DNA from: Spirosoma fluviale
Lineage (GTDB): Bacteria; Bacteroidota; Bacteroidia; Cytophagales; Spirosomataceae
Direction: 5' to 3'
Length of the DNA: 64,000 nt
Assembly (NCBI GenBank): GCA_945866095.1
Contig: CAMBGA010000002.1
Location: 6,734-70,733 of the forward strand
In this document: piece after piece, positions 51,689 through 62,591 of the stretch
Layout of the letters: every line of letters begins with the position of its first letter
How positions within the stretch are numbered: the stretch's first letter is position 1
The notes under the pieces: model-generated
Seen by the model: only the letters and a program-made list of their open reading frames with translations
Databases searched by the model: none
Told to the model about the DNA's origin: nothing
Position numbers and translations under genes: made by a program

Positions 51689-53629
51689 TCAATTTTCATA
51701 AGTTAGTTGGCTCATTTCTTCCTGTGCCAAATTCATAAATGCCTCGATAGTCATAGAACCTAAATCTCCTTGATTCTTTTTTCTTACGCTGATCATTCCC
51801 TCCGCTTGTTCTTTATCCCCTACAATGATCATAAATGGAACTTTATTAACTTCCGCATCACGTATTTTTCTGCCTATTTTTTCATCACGATGATCTACAT
51901 AGCCGCGTAAATCTTTTTCTTGAAGCCTTAAATAAATCTCATTGGCATAATCTTCGTATTTTTCAGAAATAGGTAAAACAGCTAATTGATCCGGAGAAAG
52001 CCATAGTGGAAAATTACCTGCTGTATTTTCAATTAAGATAGCTACAAAACGTTCTAGAGAACCAAATGGTGCTCTATGTATCATAACAGGCCTATGCTTC
52101 TGGTTATCTGATCCTGTATATTCTAGTTCAAATCGTTGTGGCAATTGGTAATCCACTTGAATGGTACCTAATTGCCATTTTCTACCTAAAGCATCTTTGA
52201 CCATAAAATCGAGTTTAGGACCATAAAATGCCGCCTCACCATATTCGATCGTAGTTGGTAAACCTTTTTCCTTGGCTGATTTAATAATGGATTCTTCAGC
52301 TCGATTCCAATCTTCATCATTTCCTATATATTTTTCCCTATTAACCTTGTCCCTCAGCGATATTTGCGCTGAATATTGGTCAAAGCCAAGTGCACGAAAC
52401 ACATAAAGAACTAAGTCAATGACCTTCATGAACTCCTCCTCAACTTGATCTGGCCGACAAAAAATATGAGCATCATCCTGTGTAAAACCCCTTACGCGAG
52501 TCAATCCATGTAATTCCCCTGATTGTTCATACCGATAAACCGTGCCAAATTCTGCTAAACGCAGGGGCAAATCTTTATAACTTCTAGGCTTAGTCTTATA
52601 AATCTCACAATGGTGCGGGCAATTCATCGGCTTTAGAAAAAACTCTTCATTTTCATCTGGCGTATGAATAGGCTGGAATGAATCCTTTCCATATTTAGCA
52701 TAATGACCTGACGTCACATAAAGTTCTTTACTAGCTATGTGCGGTGTAATTACGGGTGAATATCCCGCTCGAACCTGTGCTCTTCTTAAAAAATTTTCTA
52801 ATCTTTCACGTAAAATAGTGCCTTTAGGAAGCCATAATGGTAAACCTAGGCCAACCTTTTCTGAAAATGCAAATAATTCAAGCTCCTTGCCTAATTTTCT
52901 ATGATCACGCTTTTTTGCTTCTTCCAGCAAAGTCATATACTCATCAAGTTCCTTTGCCTTTGGAAAGGTGATCGCATAAATACGCGTCATTTGCTTTCGT
53001 TTTTCATCTCCACGCCAATAGGCTCCAGCCACACTTAAAACCTTAACAGCTTTTATAAAACTAGTACTTGGAATATGAGGTCCTTTACATAAATCAGTAA
53101 AATTCCCTTGAGAATAAAAAGTAATATCCCCATCAGATAAGCCTTCCAAAAGCTCTAACTTATACTCATCTTTCTTCAGGGTAAAATATTGAACTGCGTC
53201 TTTTTTTGAAATTTCTTTTCGAACATAATCTAGCTTCAAACGAGCTAACTCGAGCATTTTATCTTCTATTGCCTTAAATTGTTCTTGACCAAATTCTTGA
53301 CCCCCTAAGTCAATATCATAATAGAATCCATTTTCAATCGCAGGACCAATACCAAACTTAGTTCCCGGATATAAAAATTCGATAGCCTCAGCTAATAAAT
53401 GTGCTGATGAATGCCAGAAGGTTTTTTTACCTTCCACATCGTTCCAAGTAAGTAATTGCAAATTAGAATCTAGGAGAATAGGAGTGGAGGAATCAACAAC
53501 TTGATCATTTAATTTGGCTGCTAACACATTGCGTGCTAATCCTTCTGATATACTTAATGCAATATCCATCGGTGTAATCCCTTTTGAATATTCTTTAATT
53601 TGTCCGTCTGGAAAAATAATTTTAATCAT
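51689..53629 (-). CDS. thrS: Threonine--tRNA ligase
   Basis: TGS domain, [48 protein letters not shown]. Confidence 0.98.
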   Translation of the reverse strand: MIKIIFPDGQIKEYSKGITPMDIALSISEGLARNVLAAKLNDQVVDSSTPILLDSNLQLLTWNDVEGKKTFWHSSAHLLAEAIEFLYPGTKFGIGPAIENGFYYDIDLGGQEFGQEQFKAIEDKMLELARLKLDYVRKEISKKDAVQYFTLKKDEYKLELLEGLSDGDITFYSQGNFTDLCKGPHIPSTSFIKAVKVLSVAGAYWRGDEKRKQMTRIYAITFPKAKELDEYMTLLEEAKKRDHRKLGKELELFAFSEKVGLGLPLWLPKGTILRERLENFLRRAQVRAGYSPVITPHIASKELYVTSGHYAKYGKDSFQPIHTPDENEEFFLKPMNCPHHCEIYKTKPRSYKDLPLRLAEFGTVYRYEQSGELHGLTRVRGFTQDDAHIFCRPDQVEEEFMKVIDLVLYVFRALGFDQYSAQISLRDKVNREKYIGNDEDWNRAEESIIKSAKEKGLPTTIEYGEAAFYGPKLDFMVKDALGRKWQLGTIQVDYQLPQRFELEYTGSDNQKHRPVMIHRAPFGSLERFVAILIENTAGNFPLWLSPDQLAVLPISEKYEDYANEIYLRLQEKDLRGYVDHRDEKIGRKIRDAEVNKVPFMIIVGDKEQAEGMISVRKKNQGDLGSMTIEAFMNLAQEEMSQLTYEN

Positions 53630-53652
53630 CCTATCTAATTTTACGCAAGCTA

Positions 53653-53660
53653 CAAATTTA
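53653..53660 (-). promoter_or_regulatory. -7 promoter box for thrS
   Basis: TAAATTTG on minus strand, 23 nt before ATG. Confidence 0.55.
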
Positions 53661-53670
53661 CCCCCAAAAA

Positions 53671-54762
53671 TTAAGGATTAATCGTCAACAAAGAATCTTT
53701 GGCCACTAAGTTGGTATCCACCGAAATCCCAAAATACTTGATTTTCAATTGATAAAACCTAACATCATTTTTCAAAACCATTTGAGCTGAATCCATCATT
53801 GATTTATAGCGAATTTTATCTCCCATGTATAAATAACACTTTGATTTTAAAAATGGAACGTCAATAAAAACTTCTAAATCCGGCTTTATTTTATTCAAAT
53901 ACAATAATGCAGTTGAATAACTCCTGTGATTCATATAAAACCTAGCTATCTCTAAATATAAAAAATCGTTATGCTCAAATAGATTAGCCACCTTCTGATA
54001 GGCCAACTCAGCTTTTTTAAATTGATTTATTTTACTTAAAAATCTAGCCCAGCATCGAAACAGATGTGGGTCATTGGGATACTGATAAATAAGTTTCAAT
54101 AATTGGTTTTGATACAAATATTTAGAAGTATAATCCATGGAATTTTCAAAATAATACCTTTGTAATCTAATATCTTGGATGCTATTTTGATCAAGGCCTT
54201 TGATTAAATAAGGATTTGCAATTTTGTTAACGGCACATAAATTTCTTAAAACCGAATAATAAACCTGATCCGTTCTAGGTAATTCATTTATTCGAATTTG
54301 GTTTAAATAATAAGAAGCTAATGCGACCTTATTAAGTTTAATTGATACTTCAGTCAATAGAAATAAAATTAACGCGTGTTTATTTTCATTTGACTTAATC
54401 AAATTAAAATAATTTAATGCACGGGTATAATTTTCTAAATTCAAAGCGATTTGCCCAGCTAACAATATATATTCAAAATCTCTAGGTGAGGACTTGAGTG
54501 CTTGCTGTATATCTGCATTGGCTTTTTTATACTGTCGAGATTCAAATAAATAGTTAGCTCGCAAATAATACATATGCGGAGATGAACCATCTTCTATCAT
54601 TTGATTTAAATAGGAAATCACTTTTTGATTCTGTCCTCTCTCAGAATTCAATAGTGAGTAAATGTATTTTTGGTCAGGAATAACTTCACCTTTAAAATCC
54701 TGCGTGCTTTCACAAGAAATAGTACAAGAGATTACAAAAAATAGTAGAAATTTCTCCTTCAT
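53671..54762 (-). CDS. TPR-repeat lipoprotein
   Basis: Lipobox-like TISC; repeated YYLRA..../A...Y..A TPR-type helical patterns. Confidence 0.7.
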   Translation of the reverse strand: MKEKFLLFFVISCTISCESTQDFKGEVIPDQKYIYSLLNSERGQNQKVISYLNQMIEDGSSPHMYYLRANYLFESRQYKKANADIQQALKSSPRDFEYILLAGQIALNLENYTRALNYFNLIKSNENKHALILFLLTEVSIKLNKVALASYYLNQIRINELPRTDQVYYSVLRNLCAVNKIANPYLIKGLDQNSIQDIRLQRYYFENSMDYTSKYLYQNQLLKLIYQYPNDPHLFRCWARFLSKINQFKKAELAYQKVANLFEHNDFLYLEIARFYMNHRSYSTALLYLNKIKPDLEVFIDVPFLKSKCYLYMGDKIRYKSMMDSAQMVLKNDVRFYQLKIKYFGISVDTNLVAKDSLLTINP

Positions 54763-57569
54763 TAAAAACCTAAATCTAAAACTAATGGATAAAATTCATA
54801 TTGATTTAATCGAGGCTTATATAAAAGTCTAATTCCTAGTTCAAAACCTTGAGAAAAACGTAGCACATGAAAGTTAGAAGAAACATCTAGGCCAACAGAT
54901 TCATATGATTTATTCAAATTCAACTTAGTTAAATCAGGAACTCCTTGGCTTAAATCCATGAAAATATTTCCTTTGAATCGAGTAAAATACAATAAACGGC
55001 CTAATTTAATAGACGTATTAGCGATCGGGAATTTATAATCTAATGACAAATTTGTCCATCTCTGATTGACTTCATAAAGATATCCTCTAGTAAACACAAA
55101 AGGACTATTGAAATTATAATTACCCTTCATTTCTTGTTGGAATGATGCTCTTATCAAAAATCCATGATTTTTGAAGAAACCCGGTAAATAAATTTTCGCC
55201 TGAATCCCCCATAATTCGGATTGAAGGGATTGCTTGAATGGCATTCCATTCCAATAGAGATTCAATTGATAACCTAATTTAGACTGAAGATCCCAAAGAG
55301 ATTTATTTAATAATTTAGAATAATTGATTTGATAGATCATGGAAGAATAGGTCCCATCAAAAGCTTGTGATTTATATCGCAAGGGAAGATTATAGTCGTC
55401 AACTTTAAATATCGAATAAGTACTGGACACATATAATTGTTCTTGGAATGCTCCCCGCGTAAGTAATAATGGCAGCCTAATGCCTATATCCATTTTGGTT
55501 TGGTTCCATTGATCCGACCTTAAACTATCCAAAGGACTTTTTTTATCAATGTAAAGAGATGTATTTCGAGGACCTTGCTGGATAGAAAAATCGACCACTG
55601 GAAACCAACCTTGATACGAAGCTCGGATGTATTTAGTTCCTGTTTGCTCACTAGCATCATAGATAAAACCTAATCCCAATTGAAGCGTATTGGTCAAGTT
55701 TTTTGATAAAAGACCTAAATCCAATTTATTGAATTGCGAATTAATTAAAGGACCCCAAGCGTATGGGTTAATTAAATTCCAACGACTATAAGAAGAAACA
55801 TCAAAGTTTTCTTGTTTAAACTCACGAGGAACAACAGTCGAGTGATCATTTAAATCAAATGTGTACGATTCATTTAAGCGTCCTACACCAATTTGATTAC
55901 CCGTTGCGGAATACTTAGAAAATACATAGGGCTCAGATGTTACGTTTGAAAAAGATATAGAATAAGCGCCAAAATTTGTACTAGTGACATAGGAGATTGA
56001 ATTGTCCTTAAAATTCCAACGGGCTAATTGGTCCACCTGGCCAACGGGTAAGTTGAAATACACATAATCCTCATGCAAAAAAGTAGCTGCTATGTTATTT
56101 GAACCAAAATCACGTTTGGCAATCACCTGCTTTAATATATAATTATAAATAACTATTTGTTTGCGGCCATGATAAAGTGAAATATAAGACAACAAACCAT
56201 TTGAAGATATTCTGGGTTGAATTACCTGAGTCAATGAATTAAAATATAGACTGTCAATTAAAACTTTAGTTTCCTTCTCATAAATTTTTAGGAAAGATTC
56301 TCCATTATTCTGCAATTCTAAATAGGATACGTACTTAGAATCAGGGCTAATACTTGGGCATATTGCCTTTTTATTTGTCGTCCATGTCGACTTTAAATTA
56401 TGTTTAAGATCATAAAAAACTAATTTAGTATGCTGTTTTTGAGTATATCTTGGATGATATACTATTTCTGACCAAACAACAAATTGATCAGAAGCAGAAA
56501 GCATATTACTCGGATAGGCGGGACCAATCAAACACAATTTTCGTTCTTTGAAATTTTCAATTTCGACTAATGAAGGAATTTCTTGAAAGCCTGATTTAAT
56601 TGCGATGACTTTCCCATGCCCAACATTTTGAGGGAAATCATAGGTTGTAAATCCACTTTTTATTTTTGGAGAAATAATCGAATATGAGGAATCAAGACCT
56701 TTTTTTTGAATTGTATCCAATTGTTTTTGCAAGAGCTGCTCAACGTATCGATCAATACTTAACCCAAATTCCTTTTTTACTTGTTTAGAAAATGAAAATA
56801 GGCCAGGTTTATTTAAGGTATTTTGCCATAAATAACCAATCTCATTAAATCCCTTTTGTGATGATAATTTATGTGTAATAAATTGGCCAAAAACATAGTG
56901 ATTGGGCATATTTTCCCTATAATTCCTAGACATTAACTTACTGTAACTTGGCACACCGAACTGCGATAAATAGGCATTTAAGGTATTTGAGAACTGAGGT
57001 ATATTCGATCTACCTACCTCGTTATTCAATCGAGTTTCTGTTTCGATGGCATCGCCTTCCCAAAGCCAATTTGGAATCATTAAATTACTGTAAAGACCTT
57101 GGCCATTACTGCCCCAAAATAGTTTAAATATACGGCTGATGCCTGTGGTAGCTAATTCATTTTGATAAATATGCCTAGTTTCGTGACTAGATAATAAATG
57201 AAGCCAATCATTGGTCGATTGCAAGCTGACATCCTGACTAGGTGTCGTATAAAACTCTCCTCTAGGAGCAAAAAGACTTACAAAACCATTAGAAATCAAT
57301 CCCTGATTTTGTAAAATGATAGACCATTTAGAACGTAAACTATTGTTTGAGATTTTGGCCTCTGGCCAGTGAATTGACAAAGATCTTGCCGTCGTAAATG
57401 CCAATGAATCAGCTCCTTCTGGGTAAATTACACGAACTGCCTCACCCCGAATTCTTATTTGCTTAAAATGTAAATTGGATGGATTTTGCTCTAATATTGG
57501 ATATACTATTTGTGAATATCCAAAAAATGAAATTACAATTAAGAAGGGAAAGATAATTCTTAAAACCAT
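54762..57569 (-). CDS. Large outer-membrane protein: HExxH peptidase-like domain, TolB-like propeller, Omp85-like barrel
   Basis: Signal peptide from ATG 57569; HETRH plus WLWEGDA; PSISPDSK, PRISSNG repeats; FTRGY motif; terminal Phe. Confidence 0.7.
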   Translation of the reverse strand: MVLRIIFPFLIVISFFGYSQIVYPILEQNPSNLHFKQIRIRGEAVRVIYPEGADSLAFTTARSLSIHWPEAKISNNSLRSKWSIILQNQGLISNGFVSLFAPRGEFYTTPSQDVSLQSTNDWLHLLSSHETRHIYQNELATTGISRIFKLFWGSNGQGLYSNLMIPNWLWEGDAIETETRLNNEVGRSNIPQFSNTLNAYLSQFGVPSYSKLMSRNYRENMPNHYVFGQFITHKLSSQKGFNEIGYLWQNTLNKPGLFSFSKQVKKEFGLSIDRYVEQLLQKQLDTIQKKGLDSSYSIISPKIKSGFTTYDFPQNVGHGKVIAIKSGFQEIPSLVEIENFKERKLCLIGPAYPSNMLSASDQFVVWSEIVYHPRYTQKQHTKLVFYDLKHNLKSTWTTNKKAICPSISPDSKYVSYLELQNNGESFLKIYEKETKVLIDSLYFNSLTQVIQPRISSNGLLSYISLYHGRKQIVIYNYILKQVIAKRDFGSNNIAATFLHEDYVYFNLPVGQVDQLARWNFKDNSISYVTSTNFGAYSISFSNVTSEPYVFSKYSATGNQIGVGRLNESYTFDLNDHSTVVPREFKQENFDVSSYSRWNLINPYAWGPLINSQFNKLDLGLLSKNLTNTLQLGLGFIYDASEQTGTKYIRASYQGWFPVVDFSIQQGPRNTSLYIDKKSPLDSLRSDQWNQTKMDIGIRLPLLLTRGAFQEQLYVSSTYSIFKVDDYNLPLRYKSQAFDGTYSSMIYQINYSKLLNKSLWDLQSKLGYQLNLYWNGMPFKQSLQSELWGIQAKIYLPGFFKNHGFLIRASFQQEMKGNYNFNSPFVFTRGYLYEVNQRWTNLSLDYKFPIANTSIKLGRLLYFTRFKGNIFMDLSQGVPDLTKLNLNKSYESVGLDVSSNFHVLRFSQGFELGIRLLYKPRLNQYEFYPLVLDLGF

Positions 57570-58984
57570 TTTAACACTTGCTCTATGAGCCATTTAGTTT
57601 TAAAGGTGTAAGGAGGATAAAAATTATTTAACAGATTCGTATATTGTTTCAAAACTGATTTTTGATTCGAAAATTCTTGAAAACCAAATAATCCACCTGA
57701 TTTACCAATGCCTGAGTTATTAACTCCCCCAAAAGGAAGATTAGAATGACCAAACTGTATCAAGCAATCATTGACCACACTAGTGCCAGAACTTGTATTA
57801 TTTAAAATATAGTCTGAAAACAAGGTGTCTTTTGAAAAAACGTAAAGCGCCAAAGGCTTTTCCTCTTTCAATAATTTTGAAACTACTTCAGTCTCTTCTT
57901 TAAACGTTAGTATGGGTAAAATAGGTCCAAAAATTTCTTCCTGCATGATCAACATATCATCCGTACAATTTGCCAATAGGGTAGGCCCTATAAAACAAGA
58001 AGATTCGTCCATTTCGCCGCCATAAATGACCGTAGCTCCTTTGGATTTAGCGTCATCCAATAAATGACAAATGCGGTTAAAATGTTTAACATTGACGATT
58101 CGAGCATAATCGTTGCTATTTTTAATGCCCTTATTATCTTGGTCATAAAATAACTTTATCGTTTCCTCTAAAGCGCCAATAAATGAATAATAAACCTTTT
58201 CGTGCACATACAAATAATCTGGGGCGATACAAGTTTGCCCATTATTTAAAAATTTACCCCAAGCAATTTTTTTTGCTGTAGGTAGAATGTCGACATTTGA
58301 GTCAATAATAGCCGGTGATTTCCCACCTAACTCAAGTGTTACAGATGTCAAATGTTTCGCCGCAGCTCGCATAACTACCTTGCCAATCGCAGGGCTACCC
58401 GTAAAGAATATATGATCAAATTTCTGCTCTAATAAATGCGTGGATACTTCGGCATCCCCTTCAAAGACTGCCACTTCGCTTTCATCAAATAAAGACACAA
58501 TCATTTTTTTAATAAAGGATGAAGTGTTAGGGCTTAATTCAGAGGGCTTTAAAATAACCGCATTACCGGCTGCAATGGCATGAACCAATGGATTAATCGC
58601 TAAATTAAACGGGTAATTCCATGGCGCTATAATTAAGCAAAGCCCTTTGGCTTCAGACATAATGTAACCTTTGGTTCCTAATAGAAGGAGAGGGGTTCCT
58701 ACTTTTTTGGGCTGCATCCAAGATTTCAAATGACTAATAATATGAGCTATTTCTCTTTTTACTCCTAATAACTCTCCAATAACGACTTCTGAACTTGGTT
58801 TTTTGAAATCTGCAAAAAGAGCATCATATAACTCATTTTTGTGCGATAGCATATATTTTTCGATCGATTTTAGCTTCGCTATACGTTCCTCTGCGGTAGA
58901 ATTTTTTAACCGTTGGCACGATAATTTTTGCAAGAATAACACCTTTTCAATGGCCTGTTCAGTACTAATCGTTTCGTTCATCAT
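57560..58984 (-). CDS. Aldehyde dehydrogenase, ALDH3-like
   Basis: IAPWNYP, KPSE, FTGS, LELGGKSP, GQTCIAPD, EEIFGP, PFGG. Confidence 0.92.
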   Translation of the reverse strand: MMNETISTEQAIEKVLFLQKLSCQRLKNSTAEERIAKLKSIEKYMLSHKNELYDALFADFKKPSSEVVIGELLGVKREIAHIISHLKSWMQPKKVGTPLLLLGTKGYIMSEAKGLCLIIAPWNYPFNLAINPLVHAIAAGNAVILKPSELSPNTSSFIKKMIVSLFDESEVAVFEGDAEVSTHLLEQKFDHIFFTGSPAIGKVVMRAAAKHLTSVTLELGGKSPAIIDSNVDILPTAKKIAWGKFLNNGQTCIAPDYLYVHEKVYYSFIGALEETIKLFYDQDNKGIKNSNDYARIVNVKHFNRICHLLDDAKSKGATVIYGGEMDESSCFIGPTLLANCTDDMLIMQEEIFGPILPILTFKEETEVVSKLLKEEKPLALYVFSKDTLFSDYILNNTSSGTSVVNDCLIQFGHSNLPFGGVNNSGIGKSGGLFGFQEFSNQKSVLKQYTNLLNNFYPPYTFKTKWLIEQVLKWF

Positions 58985-59748
58985 ACATTTTGTTGGAATA
59001 AATCCCTTAATTTCATTTCTAAAATATCAAAATAATTTGTGTTTCCACTAGGTTTTCTAAGTGAATCTCCTGCAATATACCAAAATCCATCCCCAGGGAA
59101 TATGGCAAATGCACTTGGTCTTTTTAACTCTTCCAAGGCCTTATCTGTGATAAATTCGGCGATAAAAATCGTATTTACTAAGTCTTGTAATTTATCCCAG
59201 TCTGATATAGTTGCTAATGTACCATTCGAGTCGGAATAAGTGAAATTTAGATTCGCGAACGACATGTCACCTTGGTATTTATTCCAGGAATCGTTTACGT
59301 CTTTAAACTGAAAACCTAAAAACAAGGGATATTCTTTTCCCGCCACTTCAAAAATTGCTTGCATTAATTCTTGAATGAGGTTTTCTTCAAATTCTAAAAA
59401 TCTAGGCACATAAGTTGACGAATTAGCCGCTTCAATCGCAATAAAAGGTTCTGCGTCTTTAGGATCACATGAACCTGTTTTGTATTTCGCAAAACTAATA
59501 GCTAATCTATTTTTCCAAATGATGGGTAATTCACCCGACCATTCAAATTTATCTTCTCCACTTAAACCTTCTGAAATTAGTTCTTCACTTGAAAAATCTT
59601 CTCTTTCCAAATATTGTATGTGTAAAGAAAGAGACAACGAATCATTTTCGAAACCTTTAAATTCAAACAAAGCCTCAAAATGATAAGGGGCTGGAATATC
59701 ACTTGGACTTTCGTAGAAAAGTTTAAAATCTTGATTTAAAAAATTCAT
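58981..59748 (-). CDS. Hypothetical protein
   Basis: 255 aa ORF overlapping the next gene by 4 nt; acidic; no motif recognised. Confidence 0.7.
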   Translation of the reverse strand: MNFLNQDFKLFYESPSDIPAPYHFEALFEFKGFENDSLSLSLHIQYLEREDFSSEELISEGLSGEDKFEWSGELPIIWKNRLAISFAKYKTGSCDPKDAEPFIAIEAANSSTYVPRFLEFEENLIQELMQAIFEVAGKEYPLFLGFQFKDVNDSWNKYQGDMSFANLNFTYSDSNGTLATISDWDKLQDLVNTIFIAEFITDKALEELKRPSAFAIFPGDGFWYIAGDSLRKPSGNTNYFDILEMKLRDLFQQNV

Positions 59749-59756
59749 GTCTGTTA

Positions 59757-60815
59757 CTAAAGGTTGTTTAAATACAAAGTTAATGTATTTGGCTGATCAA
59801 TTTTTCCAGATTTTGTACATAAAAATTCAGGTAAAACAATGAACTGCTTAGGAACTTCCCAAGACTCTAAATTCAATTTCAAATAATCCAAAAGTTGTAA
59901 TTGAAAAACAAATTCATCTTTGGTTTCAATAAATAAAACTAATTTTTGACCATAAAAATCATCATGCAATCCATATGCAAATATTTTAAAAAAAATTGAA
60001 TGCTGAGCAAAAAATGATTGGCAACTTTTTTCAATTAATTCTGGATGAATTTTTCTACCACCCGAATTTATTACAAAATCTTTCCTACCCAATAAGCTAA
60101 ATTGGTTTTCATGGATCAACTCAGCAACATCATTAGTTTCAATCCATTGGTTAAGGGTACCAGGCGAATTAATACATAAACAACCCTGATCATTCAATTT
60201 AATCTCTACACTTTTTAAACATTGATAAATAGTATCTTCCGAACTGATCAGCCTAAAAGCGATGTGAGAAGAGGTTTCTGTCATTCCATACGTTTGGAAA
60301 ATAGGTAATTGGATTTCTTTTGTCAATAATTCTACGGAAGAGGTTAATTCAGATCCGCCAATTAATATACCTTTAACTTCAGAAAAAAGCGTAAACAAAT
60401 TGGCATTTGATTGAAGAATCGTAGACCATTGAGTGGTAACAAATGATGCGAGATGAATATTAATAGGTTTTTTAATACTTTCTAATGGGTTCTGTGATGG
60501 TTCAACAAGCACAATATTTAGTTTTAAAACGAGTGCTCGAACTAACATCATAGCACCAGCTATATACTCAATAGGTAAACAAAGTAAAATATTGTCACCC
60601 TCTTGTAGATTGAGCCAATCCCTCGTCATGTTGGCCGATTCGATCATAGCTAATCTAGATAAATAAATAGGCTTTGGCTTTCCTGTTGAACCGCTCGTAT
60701 GGAATAAAAACTCCTTTTTACCCAATTTCCACTGCAGACAAAAGTCAAAAACTTCTTCTTGATAAGAGTTGACTGGTTCAGGATAATTAGCATTAAGTGG
60801 ATTAAATACGAGCAT
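59757..60815 (-). CDS. menE: O-succinylbenzoate--CoA ligase (short Bacteroidota type)
   Basis: HTSGSTGKPK, YGMTETSSH, TND, GRKDFVINSGG.K; menB nearby. Confidence 0.85.
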   Translation of the reverse strand: MLVFNPLNANYPEPVNSYQEEVFDFCLQWKLGKKEFLFHTSGSTGKPKPIYLSRLAMIESANMTRDWLNLQEGDNILLCLPIEYIAGAMMLVRALVLKLNIVLVEPSQNPLESIKKPINIHLASFVTTQWSTILQSNANLFTLFSEVKGILIGGSELTSSVELLTKEIQLPIFQTYGMTETSSHIAFRLISSEDTIYQCLKSVEIKLNDQGCLCINSPGTLNQWIETNDVAELIHENQFSLLGRKDFVINSGGRKIHPELIEKSCQSFFAQHSIFFKIFAYGLHDDFYGQKLVLFIETKDEFVFQLQLLDYLKLNLESWEVPKQFIVLPEFLCTKSGKIDQPNTLTLYLNNL

Positions 60816-60831
60816 AAATTAATATTCTCTC

Positions 60832-60860
60832 CAAAATTAGCCAAACATTCTCTAATTTTG
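60832..60860. promoter_or_regulatory. Back-to-back divergent -7 boxes
   Basis: TAATTTTG on minus (60832-60839) and on plus (60853-60860). Confidence 0.55.
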
Positions 60861-60899
60861 TGGGTTAATAAAAGGATCAATCATAATTAACACTCATTA

Positions 60900-61355
60900 A
60901 TGTCAGAAGAATCGTTTTTAAATCCTATAAATCCTGAAAAGGTTGCTCAAAATCCTGGGCTACTCCCTTATGCCCACACAGCAGGTGGAGCCGTTATTAA
61001 GCCGGAAGATATGGGTAAAACTAAGGGACGATCGGTAAAAGCTATGCGCCAACAAACCGATCGGCAAATGAATCAGCTTTATGAACAAATGGAGGTTTTA
61101 GCTAAACAAGCAAAACTTTTATCCGAACGTAAAGAAATATCAGAACGAATTTATGATGCCGCTATGGGTTTTGAACCTATCATTAGCGAAACCTATTATT
61201 TATATGAAAAAGAATCAGGTCAAGATTTATTATCTTTAGTAGCCCCAGAAGAATGGGGTCGCTCTTTTAAGTATAGTAGATTTTTAGCGAAAGTAACATT
61301 ATTAGCGGATCATACTTGGGATGTCACTTACAACGATGATTTAAACGATAAGTAA
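60900..61355 (+). CDS. DUF2452-like protein
   Basis: LLPY, coiled-coil middle, FEP...YYLY...LSL..PEEW...L.ADHTW. Confidence 0.7.
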   Translation: MSEESFLNPINPEKVAQNPGLLPYAHTAGGAVIKPEDMGKTKGRSVKAMRQQTDRQMNQLYEQMEVLAKQAKLLSERKEISERIYDAAMGFEPIISETYYLYEKESGQDLLSLVAPEEWGRSFKYSRFLAKVTLLADHTWDVTYNDDLNDK

Positions 61356-61356
61356 A

Positions 61357-62181
61357 ATGATAACAAAAATAAATTGGGAAACCATTAAAGAATACAAAGA
61401 TATTTTATTTCAATTTTATAATGGAATTGGGAAAATCTCAATTAATAGACCACACAAACACAATGCATTTACACCGCTAACAGTCCAAGAAATGTCTGAA
61501 GCGATGGAATTAGCACGTCAAGATACCAGAATAGGAGTGATAATATTAACCGGTGAAGGTGGTAAAGCATTTTGTTCAGGGGGTGATCAAAGCGTGCGAG
61601 GAGACGGGGGTTATGTAGGACAAGACCAAGTACCTAGATTAAATGTGTTGGATTTACAAAGACAGATTCGAACTATTCCAAAACCTGTTATCGCCATGGT
61701 GGCTGGTTGGGCCATAGGTGGAGGGCACGTTTTACATGTGATTTGTGACTTAAGTATTGCTGCTGAGAATGCTCGTTTTGGACAAACAGGACCCAATGTA
61801 GGTTCCTTTGATGGGGGTTTTGGAGCATCCTATTTAGCTCGGGTTGTTGGTCAAAAGAAAGCAAGAGAAATTTGGTATTTATGTGACCAATATGATGCAA
61901 AAGAAGCTTATGAAATGGGTCTGGTCAATAAAGTAGTCCCGCTAGATGAGTTAGAAAGTACCACCATATCCTGGTGTGAAAGAATTCTAGAAAAAAGTCC
62001 ATTAGCGTTAAGAATGTTGAAGTCTTCCTTTAATGCTGAGTTAGATGGCCAAGCTGGAATTCAAGAACTTGCGGGGAATGCTACTTTATTATATTATTTA
62101 TCGGATGAAGCCAAAGAAGGTAAAAATGCGTTCTTAGAGAAACGTAAACCTGATTTTTCTAAATTTCCTAAATTCCCATAA
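61357..62181 (+). CDS. menB: 1,4-dihydroxy-2-naphthoyl-CoA synthase
   Basis: [31 protein letters not shown]. Confidence 0.97.
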   Translation: MITKINWETIKEYKDILFQFYNGIGKISINRPHKHNAFTPLTVQEMSEAMELARQDTRIGVIILTGEGGKAFCSGGDQSVRGDGGYVGQDQVPRLNVLDLQRQIRTIPKPVIAMVAGWAIGGGHVLHVICDLSIAAENARFGQTGPNVGSFDGGFGASYLARVVGQKKAREIWYLCDQYDAKEAYEMGLVNKVVPLDELESTTISWCERILEKSPLALRMLKSSFNAELDGQAGIQELAGNATLLYYLSDEAKEGKNAFLEKRKPDFSKFPKFP

Positions 62182-62182
62182 G

Positions 62183-62587
62183 ATGAATTATTGGTTAGTA
62201 AAATCAGAACCTTTCAAATATTCTTGGGATGATTTCGTTAAAGAAGGAAAATCCGTTTGGGATGGGGTAAGAAATTACCAAGCAAGAAACAATATGAAAG
62301 AAATGAAAAAAGGTGATTGGGTCTTTTTTTATCATTCAAATGAAGGAATGGAGGTCATAGGCCTTGCGGAAGTTAAAAGAGAATTTTTTCAAGACCCTAC
62401 TACTGAAGACCCAAGGTGGGTGGTCGTAGAAATAGTTCCCATCAAAAAATTTAATAATACAGTTACCTTAAAAATGATGAAATCCGATGATCGATTGTCT
62501 AATTTAGCTTTGATTAAACAATCTAGGTTGTCCGTAACGCCTGTCGGGAAACAAGAATTTGACATCATATTAAGTTTAGCCGAGTAG
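62183..62587 (+). CDS. EVE domain protein
   Basis: YWLVKSEP, WDGVRNYQARN, FFYHS, RLSVTPV. Confidence 0.92.
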   Translation: MNYWLVKSEPFKYSWDDFVKEGKSVWDGVRNYQARNNMKEMKKGDWVFFYHSNEGMEVIGLAEVKREFFQDPTTEDPRWVVVEIVPIKKFNNTVTLKMMKSDDRLSNLALIKQSRLSVTPVGKQEFDIILSLAE

Positions 62588-62591
62588 TACT

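Noticed and set aside
53630-53670. T-box or translational operator for thrS
   Set aside because: Spacer is only 41 nt, too short, with no recognisable structure
59757-60815. Short MenE as a truncated pseudogene
   Set aside because: All adenylation motifs are present and short MenE is normal in Bacteroidota
62183-62587. EVE protein as an anti-phage restriction system
   Set aside because: No nuclease, ATPase or methyltransferase adjacent; housekeeping context
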